The notes under the pieces are model-generated. The model was not told the origin of the DNA. It ran no database searches and saw only the letters and a list, made by a program, of their open reading frames with translations. The position numbers and the translations under genes were made by a program. This document shows, in pieces, positions 46,961 to 58,840 of a DNA stretch of 64,000 nt. Source of the stretch: Daphnia carinata (Eukaryota). Where the stretch lies: the NCBI RefSeq assembly GCF_022539665.2, contig NC_081331.1:11408001-11472000 (forward strand), in the 5' to 3' direction. Numbering within the stretch: the first letter of the stretch is position 1; every line of letters begins with the position of its first letter.

Positions 46961-47144
46961 CCGTCAAGTTACTATGTTTAACATTTGTTGATGTTTTCGG
47001 TTAATAAGAATTTTATTAAAATTAAACGTCATTATTATTAATTCATTAATAAAATTTACGCATCGTTTTGTATTTGTATTAATTTTAGTAAGAACTTTAA
47101 ATACAATTTCTGGCAACAGTCAGCCGAGGTGAAATCAGCTGATC

Positions 47145-47504
47145 CAGTTTGAATTACCGACATTGAAGAAAAAACATGGCCATGGCCACACTAACCTAAC
47201 GTTAAACTCAGCATTGTAAGGCGGCGTTTTGGTCCAATCACGTCGGTAAACTAATGGACTATTGTTTTCTTCTTCATTCAATGGAATTGCTCATGTTTTC
47301 GTAATGATAACAATGTTTATTACGTATTCATGGGACTGAAAAGTCAGGGGAAAAGCTGACGCGGTGGCTAGCTTTCGTGGCTGATACTGCTCGCTTAGAT
47401 CCAGGCTGATCAGTAGCAAATTTCCTCGAGAAAATGCACCATCCCGTGTTATGGATGCACAGGTTACTATACCTGTGTCGTTCAAGGGAGTACGTGCGAC
47501 ACAC
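47145..47504 (+). ncRNA. TERC: Candidate telomerase RNA (TTAGG template, pseudoknot, CR4/5-like junction, box H/ACA)
   Basis: Template CTAACCTAAC at 47191-47200; boundary hairpin 47177-47188; pseudoknot 47222-47261; P1 47161-47176 with 47263-47283; three-way junction 47355-47414; H box AGAAAA 47429-47434; 3' hairpin 47435-47498; ACA at 47499-47501. The 5' end is approximate. Confidence 0.75.
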
Positions 47505-48080
47505 AACCTTTTGTTGCATTGTGCATGTTTACTATTTGTGATATAACATATCTGTTTCATTTTGCTTGTGTCGAAGTTGTCTAATGAAACTTGACTACCA
47601 TATGGTAAACTTGTAACCATATGAAAATATTTGTACCAACAATGTAAGTTAGATTAAACAAATTGCTTGTATAGTATAATTCATAAATTTGATATTAAAT
47701 TTTCCATTTTTTTTTGTGTGATTGATTTGAAATCAAACCATTCAAGAAAATAGCTCATTGTTTGGTGAGGTTCTAAAGGTCTTAAATTTGTGTATAAACA
47801 CTAGAGAGAGAAGGGGAATTAAATATTTCTCAATGCTGATCAGCTTTACGGTACTTTATGTTGAAATCAAGGAAGTTTATTTACAAGAATCAGGGTTGTT
47901 TTAACCATTGCTGGCCATGGTCTCATTTAAGTTTCTTAAATGTTTAATGTCATTGAGAATGATTACATCAAGCATTTTGCTACTTAGTAATTTTATTTGG
48001 CATATCATTTACAAGACATTTGTTTATTTCTGCGTTCCAGGCATCTCCGAAAATACTTGTAGAATTTGCATAGATTTGGA

Positions 48081-51000
48081 TTAAGCGACAGTAGATAACA
48101 GATTGTCAAATTTAAACAGTTCAACTAGATCTTCCGTGCGTGCAGTATCGGTTAGCATTTTTTCTAATGAAAAATACTTTTGAGAATTTCTTACTTCAAG
48201 CTCACCATGGAATTCTCTGTGGCAGACGAACAATTCCAGCAGAAAATCTAAGTATACAAAACAATTTTCTGAATAAGCAAGCAGTACAAGAAGACAGAAG
48301 TGTCTTTGGCTAATTATACTTTGATATTCTTCGACAGGATACATGTCACCGGATGCCTGCTTCTCTTTAGCCGCTCGAACCATGTCTTGAAACTCGGCGG
48401 TCATCCAGTCGTCAGTCGCGTCTTGCGCAAGCTGGTCTGTTGCTGCTTCTTCCAACGCCAAAGCCAACACATTCGCTCGATGTAGGTGAGTCAAATTCAA
48501 CAGTTGAGAATAGACTTGTTGCAAAAGAATTTTCGTTGCTTCCCAGGTCATGTTAGCGTTCATTGCCAAGGGAACACTTTTTGCTGTGGCTTCTCTTGAA
48601 ATGAAGTCTCGGACATATGACAAGATCACTGCATTATCTGAGAGGAGCATGATTTCACCCCGCCTGTTTGATCCAATGCAAAGGGCCGTTACAATCTATC
48701 TGGAGCCGTGCCCACTACCCAGTTACCTGTAATGAACGGCCAATTTGGATTGCCATTGGTCATTACGGAAATAAAAGTGAATCTCTTCATCGCCTGGGAC
48801 TTTATCCGGAATATTAGGTAAGCAGGATGCAATCCAGTTGTGAGCATCCGCCTGTGAGAACCCTCCTTGCAATGTCAAACTACCATAGGGTGTTGCCGTG
48901 TTCCATTCAAAAAGTTGGCATCGTACGTGGCGACAAAGGCAAACCAGCGGGAATGACTTCAGTATAACCAAACGAGGCTGCTGAATGTTTAACGAGACGT
49001 ATAACTGCACCTGGTCACTAGTACTTCGCTCGTTACAGACAAGTTTCATTTCAAGTCGCGTGGTATTGGATTGGCATCTGAAAGTTGCTGTTAGCTGAGA
49101 GGTGCCATTCTACGTGGAATAATTGAATAAAAATTGTGATTTTCGTTACAGATCGGTAAGTAATAGGTCAGACAAACCCGCTTAGAATCCATTAAGCTCA
49201 GAATGGCTAAATTCCGCTCGATGTCCATAAGTTGAACGTTTGTGTTGCTCTGGACGAGAATAAAGTTCATGGACACTTGACTGTCCACGACAACAAAATA
49301 GGCATTTTGTTGGGCTACGAAATTCATCTTGCATTAGAAGGTAAGTTAGATAAATCTTGGTAACAGAAATGTTATTAATAATTTTGCATTAATACTTTCG
49401 CTGTGACGTCTAATTGCGTAGATGTTTCCATTGCTTGACTCTCTGATACCAGCATAGAAGGCCTGTTATTCTGCGCTTCCTCCACCTGCCTTTCTAGGAA
49501 TTCTACTTCAGATCTAAAAGTATTGAAAACGAAATGTGGAGGACTGTAGGTTGCCGCTAAAGCAAATCACATAAAAGTATGTTATCTTACTTGAGATATT
49601 GTAGGTGCTTCTGGCGTTCTGAGCTGTGAGTGTTTGTTCGGGCCGCTGTTACTTCGTCTGTTTGCTTCCTACGCATCGTTGATTCACAGCTGGTAAGGCC
49701 AAATATCCAACCTTCCTCAAGACATCGAGTTTAAGTATTGACCAAGTAATTGACGTTAATGCTGAAATAACGGCTTGTACAATACGTACCCCGTTGTGTA
49801 GCGACTAATACTTCGGGAAACCCAGCTGCCCCGACAATTCCACCTCGTACAACTGCAATACTATCATTACAATTCTAACATTATGATTAACTAGGTGCGA
49901 TATCAGAATTGCCTTATAAAACATGAGTGACGTCCTCATACCTGTGAGAAGATTAAAATCGGACTGCGCATTGCACCATCTTCGGGTGATACTTGATAGA
50001 CGTCGACAAAACCATCTTCCCTGCCGATGATCAACTGGTTAGCACCCGAATCGCAGAGGTCGTAAAAATCTAACGAAGTCACAGTCGTTTGAGAAGGTAG
50101 TTGCATAACCCATTCAACCGCAGGGCCAGCACGACTCCAGCGGACCAGTCCAATCTGACCAAGTGATGTTCCGTATACTACCCACTCCCCACTGGTCCCA
50201 CCATCGTTTTGAAACAGTTGCATCGCTGTGGGTATACCATCAAGTGGCAGTCGATGTCGAACAGCCGAATCTCTGAGGGAGTAAATGGTTCCATCTTGGC
50301 ATCCTAGCAGCGGAGTCAAACTTGGCACCTGTTAACGGAGCGTTTTCCAGTCTTTATGTAAAACAACATAGCAAGAGAACTAAAAAACGAAGGTATGTAC
50401 CTTGTTCAGAGGGAGGACTGCTACCGCGTTGATACGGTCAGTAGAAAGGAAATAATTAGCCTCCTTCCCGTTTTGATAGTGGTTATAAACGTAGGAGTTG
50501 AAAACAGCCATCTCCTCCTTGCTGGCCATCCACCTGCACGGACATAGTACGAATTTTCTACTGTCACGCCCACCATCGACATAAACATTGCTCACATAGT
50601 ACAAGAGACGGATATAGAAACATGACTCACAAATGCTGAATGGGTTCTACCAGGTTCGTATCCATTTTAAAAATCAGCTTGCCCTTAACTGAAAAGCACT
50701 GCACTGTTTGTGCAGTTGCTGTTACAATCATCTCTAATGCAGGTTCTATGTTCACCAGATGTACCATTAAGTTCAAAAACATTTTAAGGAATCCACTGAT
50801 ACGTAACAACAAAGCAGAAATAATTTGTACTTACCATTGTTATTGACAAGAATTGTGACACAGTTTATAGGAGATTTGAGGTCTATTTTGAAGTCCACGA
50901 AAGGTTCTCCCTTTTTTATGGAAATCAGTTGCAATTTTCCTCTTTGGTCCCCAATAGCTACCTGTGCGACAGGTAACGCATTTACGTGATAAAGAAAATT

Positions 51001-51202
51001 GAGAAGTAGTCAGAGGTTAGTTATGTCGAAGACGTTTTCCAAAAAAAAAAGAAAGAGTTTCTTGGACAAAATTAGATTGCTTTCTTACCTTTTGCTGATG
51101 TTTGACTCCTTTGGCTGGTAGGAGCTGAATGGAATTGCTCTTCAAGGAGGACACCTGCACGTAATCGATTCGTTGGAGCTTCAGTTTGACTAGTGATTGC
51201 AT
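48081..51202 (-). CDS. BBS7: Bardet-Biedl syndrome 7 protein (BBSome subunit)
   Basis: N-terminal LKLQRIDYVQV, KVAIGDQRG, LIIGREDGFVDVY, GWIFGLT, LTLQGGFSQADAHNWI and SDNAVILSYVRDFISREAT. Confidence 0.85.
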
Positions 51203-51301
51203 TTTTGCTAAATTGCAAATCACGAAGAAAATGGAGCGTCAAGTCGTTTGTGGTTTTTCAAACTGGCTAACTGACTGCGATTGATGAAGCAAACAAACGT
51301 G

Positions 51302-51315
51302 GTTACTATGGCAGC
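51302..51315 (-). promoter_or_regulatory. RFX X-box upstream of BBS7
   Basis: GCTGCC-AT-AGTAAC on the BBS7 strand fits GYTRYY-N2-RRHRAC, ~100 nt upstream of the ATG of a ciliary gene. Confidence 0.65.
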
Positions 51316-51674
51316 GTCTAGCGCGCGTTCTTTAAACCTATCTACTATTCTATGTATTGTTATCGATTCTTAGATCTAGAAAAATCCATGGTACTAATCA
51401 TTTATTTGTTGTTTACCTTATTTCTTTAAGGGTACTTGAAACACATGTTTGAATACTTGTGAGAGCAGTACTAAATGCAGTACGCATGGGCTATGGGTAA
51501 CGTGCATTCAAGAATCCAGTACCATGGAACTCACATACAGAACTGGAAAAGAGGAAGTACTCCGAAAACCACGATGCTGTTCTACAGTTACCAACCAAAA
51601 AGAATATATATTGATGCAAGTATGTGTCAAGAATGCAGCAGAAGATATCGGTTTGACGCGGACCCTTTACATGT

Positions 51675-53090
51675 TCATTTACTCCTCAAAATATGAAGAT
51701 CAAACTGTTTTTGTTTTTCAATCCAGTCAACAAAAGACGTGATTCTGGTGTAAACTCCGGGAAGATGAGATTCTGCGCATCCTGACGGTAACGTTGTAAA
51801 TAAGTTAAAATGCAAAAAACTTTCTCTCATTATTTACCTATTCCCCAGCTAACTATGCCAATTTGAGTCCATTTGTTACCGGGCATGTCTTGAACTAGCA
51901 ATGGGCCTCCACTATCACCCTGCGTTACATGTCCATGAAAAACGAAAGCATAATTTGGTAAGTCATCTATTGTTTGTAGTCTTATGAATACGTTTTTCCT
52001 ACATCGCAAGCGTCTTTTCTTGGAGAAAAGGCACAGATCATATGAGCGGCAATTCCGCTCGTTACCACGCCATCGAATCTGCTCCTGCACTCGGCATTAG
52101 TTATTGTTTGAATAGTTATCTGTTGCAAAACATTTGGCCGAGTTCCATCTGAAAAAAGATTTCTCGTTTGAATTCTTTTTGTGCTAATTATGACATGTTG
52201 AATTTAATTAGATTATCACTAACTTTTTGACGTTACTCCCCATCCAATGACCACTGTTTGTCGATACTCGTATTGATTGGTGGAGCCATTTGGCGGTAGG
52301 CAAATAGGAGAAATGGTTTCCGTAAACACAACAGGTGAATCCAGTGTTAGAAGAGCGATGTCGTTGTACTAAAGCATTGCAAGGTTCATGAGAAACAGTT
52401 TAACAAAAAGGACAATGCATCATTTCCAAGTACAAGAAAACGAAATAAAGTGTTATTTAAATTTAACGTCTAAAAATTCCTATATACTTTTGGCTAAATT
52501 TTTAATATGTAAGTCAAAGTTTGTTTACATAGGTTTTTGCATCGAAATCATTGTGGCGCTCCACCCGTAACACCGTCTTCGTAACTTGTGGATCTTTCAC
52601 GGGCATTAAGCTGTGCATACCCAAAGCCACTCTCAGTGCGGAAATCTGCCTCTCCGAAAAGCTGAAAGGAAAGTTTTATGTCATTTGATTTTTTTTATGC
52701 AGGTCAAGCCGCTGGTAATATGGTTTTTATACTTAGCCACACAGTGAGCCGCGGTGATTACGTGTATCGAGTCAATCAGAGATCCACCACAGAATGTCTC
52801 ATTATACATCACTAGGGCCACCTTTGTTTTTGATGGAACCCGAGAAGACGTAGGTAAAATTCAAATCAATTACTGATTGTGGCTTATAGCTAAATGGATC
52901 TTTTTTTTACCATACTAGGCCAAGAGTTTTTCACCGCATTAGTTTCTTCATGAATAAGCATTTCATAGGGCCCAACACCACATCGACGGTCGCCATTCTT
53001 TAAGGCATACTTGCCATTTACACCAAAACAATAAAAAGTATTCAAAAGTAGTAAGCAAACTAGCAACACGCCTGTATAGGAGCACTTCAT
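51675..53090 (-). CDS. Secreted trypsin-like serine protease (S1A)
   Basis: Signal peptide; FCGGSLI, TAAHC, NDIALL, CLP, IGWG, KDACDGDSGGP, GIVSWG and PGVYTRI. Confidence 0.9.
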
Positions 53091-53787
53091 TTTGTCAACT
53101 GTAACGGTAACGCACTATCCAGAATCCCGTGATTTGAAACCGCAATAATGTATGTCGATTTCGAACGATGTCAATTTCTGACTCAATTGGCGTTCAATAT
53201 CGCGATCTACCATTTGAGTGAACTATCACGTACCGGCATATCATGTTGCTGTCAACGCAATGGTAATTGCAAACAGCTTAATATTCCATCTTGACCCATT
53301 TCATTTTATTTTTAGATTTTATATATCCAAACATGTAGGATTTTCTCAAGGTCAGTAATTGTTAATGAAAATATTTTCTAATTTGTAGGAGCATAGGATT
53401 ACATGGTGGCAAAATGTTGGCAAACATTGTAAGTATGTGCATTTACTTTGTATTTTCAAAAATCAATTAAATCGAAGTAGCTTAGTTCATTTAGTACACT
53501 AGTAAATTCAAGGTAGCTTGTTTATTCTGCGGTGGAGCATTCCTGACCGACGTGTCAAACCGACCACACAACGAGACAACGAAGTAACTAGCGTTCATTA
53601 CAATGACATGTAACTGTCAAGAAGTTTCGCCTAAAGGTCACAAAAAAAAATCACCTTGTAAGGCAGTGGACACAGACCTGTACACTGGTGTAAGATGTAG
53701 TCTCTCTGTAGAAAGTATGTCAAACGTCCGTCACGTCGTGTAAATAACGGCGGTTGTTATAGCGTATTCAGATTTGTTTGTCATCCC

Positions 53788-56281
53788 CTAATGACAAATG
53801 TACATCACTGTGTCTTGGTCCAATTCCGCCTCATCAACCAGAATCACGTGTTCAATGGTTAGCGAATCGGTGCCGCCCTAAACATTAGCGAAGTAAGTAC
53901 ACCAAGTCTTATTTAAGCTACAAAACCGAATGCCTCATTACCTCTTGCACCGCTTCTGCTTCCAGGATACATATTTCCTGCATGCTAGTGTCATTTTGTT
54001 TGGATTCATACCTTCTGGCATTGTTTGGCGTGATTGGGGCGCTATTCCTTTTCCCTAGCTGGACTCAATTCGATTTGCAAACAACTGAATGGTAAAAACT
54101 TTAATTATTTTTTACCTTAGCTATCGATTCAGCTCGTGATAATCTGATGTCGCTCATTAATTCTTCGACCGTAATCGAATCCGGGAAGTCCGTATCATTC
54201 TCATCGTAGAAATCATTCAGGTTTGCTTTGAGTGTATACGCGTGATTAGCAAGTCGGTACCGACTTCTTGCTACTCTGACGTTAAAGAAGTCAGTGATCT
54301 TCATTAAAGATGCAACCAATCCATCGACTGACGACTTGCTCCATGTAAGACCCGATTCACTCAATCGTCTCATGACCCCACTAAATGATTCAGGCTGGTG
54401 GGCAGTCTGAAGAGATAATCCAAATGGGCGAAGAGCCCATGCACCCATTCTGTTCATGTCAGGATCGATTGCCACGTCAAAATAATCAGAAAACTCCTAC
54501 GAAATAATAAATTCTAAGCTATTATTAATCCAACACGGCGCATTTGCTTTGCTTACCTGCTTCCATTTCTTCAGGTAAAACTGAGCAAGGAGCGACTTGT
54601 ATTTACCAGCCGAGTCTTGATTCAGTAGACGAATGAAGTCACTTTCATATTGCTGAACTTCTTGTTTTTCGGTTATGTTTAATGATTGTAGATTGCTTTT
54701 GATGCTTTGAAGTGCATGTTGCCAGCAACGGAGTCTCGTAACGCCAGGACAATTTTTCTCGATGGCACTGGTGATTGCGACGTCTTCATCGCTGATGATG
54801 ATGATTCGCTCGGGTGTCTCAAACTCTGGGACTGCCGTAGCAAAGCGCATGAAGAAGGTATCATGTACTAGGGGCGTATCCTTTTCGTATATCACGTACA
54901 TCAGCGGGATTACGGGCGTGTCTTCAAACTCTGTTTGTCGAAATGTTAAGACTGAAAGACAAAACTCGCCGAAGATAAATGTGCTGCCGTACGTAAGACA
55001 CTGTACAGTAAGATCCTCTCTTTTGATGAATTGCCTGAATTCCGCCACAGTACCTTCATTCAAGAAAACAACATTTAAACGCTCTTACTAAAGCTTTTTA
55101 GTATACGCAAGACACGAAAACTTACTTTCATCGAAGCAAATGATAAGAATATTTGGTGCCACATGTAGATCACTCACAAAACCAGCGCCACTGGCATACA
55201 AATTGTATATAGCATCTACCGTTTCATGGCTAGAACGTTCAGTCTTGTTAAGGGATTTACGCTGCATCTTTGGCGTATTCCGAATCTGCTTCGTGCCATT
55301 TGGTGTTTCATTGAGTGAACGTTCGGCTCTGCGGATAAACTTTCGAGCATTTTGAATTTGCTTTACGTCTCTGGGTGCATCAATCATGTGACGAGCTCTG
55401 TTAGAACAGTCTGTTAACAGATCTGAATAGACTTGCAGTGGTAACTTCTCTGTCACCGTCTCCATCTGAATTTTTTTCAACACAGACGGCGCGGTACGAT
55501 GATATTCCTTTTCTGGATCTTTAGAGTTTCCATGCGCGAAATCTCGGACCACGGACTCGTCTCCCTGGTACCACACTAATACTTGATTTTCATGCAACGG
55601 GCATTCGATTGCATTTTTTGTAAATTCCGTGCTGAATTCCTCTCCAGGACCCACTTGCAATTTGAAATAATAGCGCTTGGATTCCAAATCATTATAGGTG
55701 AATCTTGTCACTGAATTTTGTCTCCAGCGGTAACCGTCGACCCGCCAATCTTGGCGCTTTAAAGGAATTTCCCACTTAAAAATGTATCTGAAACCACCTT
55801 TCGGGCGAAGAGGAACTTCACTAAGTATTGGTAAACCGGCTTCCGGTAGAAAAAGCTTCATTTGATTTTCAAATCTCTGTGGTGCTTTGCCGTGCTTATC
55901 CAGGTCTGTGGCATCCTTTAGAGCAGCATTAATGGCAAGAGTATCATCACCTTGATACCAGATTAAGATCTTATTCTCATACAATGGACTTTCAATTGCA
56001 TGTCTGGTGAAATCTGTTGTATATTCATTTCCTGGCCCCACTTGCACCTTGAAGTAATAGCGTTTGCAATCAACATCTCCATACTTGAATGTAACAGTTG
56101 AGTACTGCCTCCAACGAAATCCATCTGAACGCCATTCTTGGCGTTTGAGCTTATCCTCCCATTTGAATATATACTGAAAGCCAGTTTTGGGGCGGATTGG
56201 AACTTCAGTTAAAACAGGCAAGTTTGACTTTGGCTCAAAGAGCTGCATCTGAATTTCATATCTTTGCGCTTTCTTCGCCAT
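53788..56281 (-). CDS. MULE (Mutator-like) transposase-derived gene with two tandem CG-1-like domains, probably domesticated
   Basis: Two RPKxGFxYIF...WRxDG(F/Y)RWRQ...WYQGD repeats; HGNSK...YHRTAPS; PRDVKQI; MULE core YGSTF.FGEF...PVIP...IISDEDVAI...LRCWQH. Five coding exons with intact splice sites. Confidence 0.75.
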
Positions 56282-57069
56282 CCTACTGTTTGTTGGAAAA
56301 AAGATGAGGAGCAGGCAAATCAACTTCTAGATGCTACTTTCAGCTTTACTGTGTGGGTAATCAATGTAGCAAGACCTTCTGAAGCAGAACCTCCTGATGC
56401 ATTTTATGTAAGTATCAACCAGTATCACTAGATCGAAGAAACACAATCACTGATGGTGAAAGGCGGAATAGTATAATGGAGATGTTTCGGACGACCTCAC
56501 AAGAAGTGTTTTTTCTCGATCTAAAATAAGAATCTCATAAGTTGGTGCAAACAGCATACCATTATCCACGTTAAATGAATTAGGATTTTCACCTCTTCGT
56601 TGCTCCTCTTTTTTAATTTGGATGTTTTGTTCTTGAAATTTTGGGTAACTTGTCGAGAAGATAACTTTTAACGAACCAAACAGCTTCAAAACGTCATGAG
56701 CTTGGGAAATGTGTTGTTGTTGCGCGGAATTCCGCGTAAGCTATTGTAGTCGCAGCGTCGCAGATTCAGAATCGCAAGTTCGCAACTAGGACAAAAAGTG
56801 GTAAAAAAACAATAGAATCAATTTTGAAACGCTAGTTTGATTTCCTTTATTTTAATTCAACGTTTACTTTGCCTTAAATAAAAAGAACAAAATATTTTCA
56901 TTGACTTATTGTATAATAGATCTACGTGGCAACGTAGAGTAATTTAATTATGTTTGTCCAAATCGTCTGCATGAATTTTTGTTTTTATTCAATATAACAC
57001 ACATGTGCGAGGTTCAAACACTGAGTTCTAAGAGAATTTTGTTAATCAACAGAAGTCATCGATATCTAA

Positions 57070-58312
57070 ATGGAATTCGGTATTTTTTCTGACGATTTTT
57101 TTGAAACAAAAGAATCTGACCAAAAGGAACAAACTGCACCACAGTCAACGTGGACGGCTCATCGATCGGAACCAGGGGTAAGTCCTAAGATTTCATATCT
57201 TTTACGTATGTGAAACGTAGTTATCTCTTTGTATTTTCATTTGAAATAGTGGTTTCACGAAGTATGTGAAAGAGCGTGTGAAAATGATGTTTCATTCAAC
57301 ATGAAGCATTTGCGTGCAAATCACTTGTACTTTACCGGTAGCTATACTGAAGCAGCGTGTGCTTTTACAGAATTAGTTAAGCTGATGAGAACTGGAAACC
57401 ATCAAAGGGAAGTGGCTGAGGGTCTTGCTCGCAGTTTATTGAAAATTGGAGATACAAAGTTGAGCCTTGAGGCAGCCAGCCAATTAGTATGAATATTTTA
57501 AATATTAGGAGAATCATCTACTAATTATTCAGAATTGATCTCAGAAACTCAGTTGCAAGAGTGAAGCCCATTTCGCCTCATATCACATGTTATGTGCAGA
57601 AATACATAAAAAAAACCATGACCATAGCAAGGAGCTCGTTCATCTGCAACAGGCAACCCACTTTTTCCTGATATTTGATAAGCCAGACCTGTTAATTAGA
57701 TATGAGTTTTCAATCAGGCAATCAAGATCCATTCAATGAATACCGACATGTGGCTTAAAATAGCTGAGTGCTATAGCCAAATGAGCCGGATTGACCCCTA
57801 TGCTGTTCCGTTCACGTTGTCAAAAACCAAAGACGTAACATGGTTTGCTGCGGCAAGCTTATTACGAGTGGAAATCATTTTGAAGAGTTTAGTCGGCAGA
57901 GAATCTGGCGGTGCTTTGAAAAAGAAACGCAATCAAAAGTTACAGAACCGTGTTCATCCCGTGGTTGCCAGTCTTCCGCCGATTTTCATTTCGAAAGCTC
58001 ATGAAGTATAATCCGACGTTTTCTTTTTCCCCATCACGTATTTTAAAGCACTAGCATTTTAACTTGGATCTTGTCTGCTCATTTTAGGCTTTGTGTCGGG
58101 ATGTATTCAACCTAGAATTTCAAACACAAGACGAATCTGAATTTGTCGATTTGGGAAGTTCCAAATTGAACAAAACTGGAGAAAACGAGGAGTCTGTCGT
58201 TACGATGGCAAGTGAACGTCCGGGAGATTGGTTTGAAAAGCAGTGGTTCTCTTTTGCTGATTCCATTCAAGACGTGTATTATGTACCCCAAGTTAACATG
58301 TGTGATGCTTAA
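57070..58312 (+). CDS. TPR-like protein, C8orf76 homolog
   Basis: FSDDFFE...WTAHRSEPGWF, REVAEGLARSL, IHSMNTDMWLKIAECY and C-terminal FEKQWF resemble C8orf76. Confidence 0.65.
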
Positions 58313-58840
58313 TGCACGGTAAACGATTGTTTATTATTCGCTTGGCCTCGTCGGGCAATGTAAGAAAATTTAAAATTTTCCTTTTTTTTTAAGCAATTGA
58401 AAAGCGGAAGAAGAAAGGGTGGATACCGTCTTCTAAAAAGTCTTTAAAAGCAAAAGCACGACCAGCAAAACTTGTGTTAAATGGATTAAAATATGACTGC
58501 GTTCATATAATTTTTAAAAATCAAGTGGAGGCAAAAACCACGTCTTTTCTCATTTGCGGAAGGACGCATTACTGGAGGTTGTACGTTAGTATTTGTATCT
58601 GGTTAACATTGAACTGTTCTGTCCTGTCTACCGAATTGAACTTTTGACTTCTACTTGGAGGATAGGAATAACAATTTAAATTATAGTGAGGTCTTGGTAG
58701 CATATAGCAATTTGAAACTTAATAAGTTCATTAATAAAAAAAAAAGAATGGGGCAAACACCAAAAATACGCGCTTATGGAAATGGAAAGGAATCAAAGAA
58801 AAGTGAAAAATCTGGCGGATTGATGACACACCATATTTCT

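Noticed and set aside
47345..47504. Ordinary stand-alone H/ACA guide snoRNA
   Set aside because: The first hairpin is branched and is preceded by a template, pseudoknot and P1, so a telomerase RNA fits better. It remains the fallback interpretation.
47291..47620. Minus-strand ORFs of 109 and 63 aa
   Set aside because: They have no motifs or splice context and are antisense to the structured RNA, which explains the region better.
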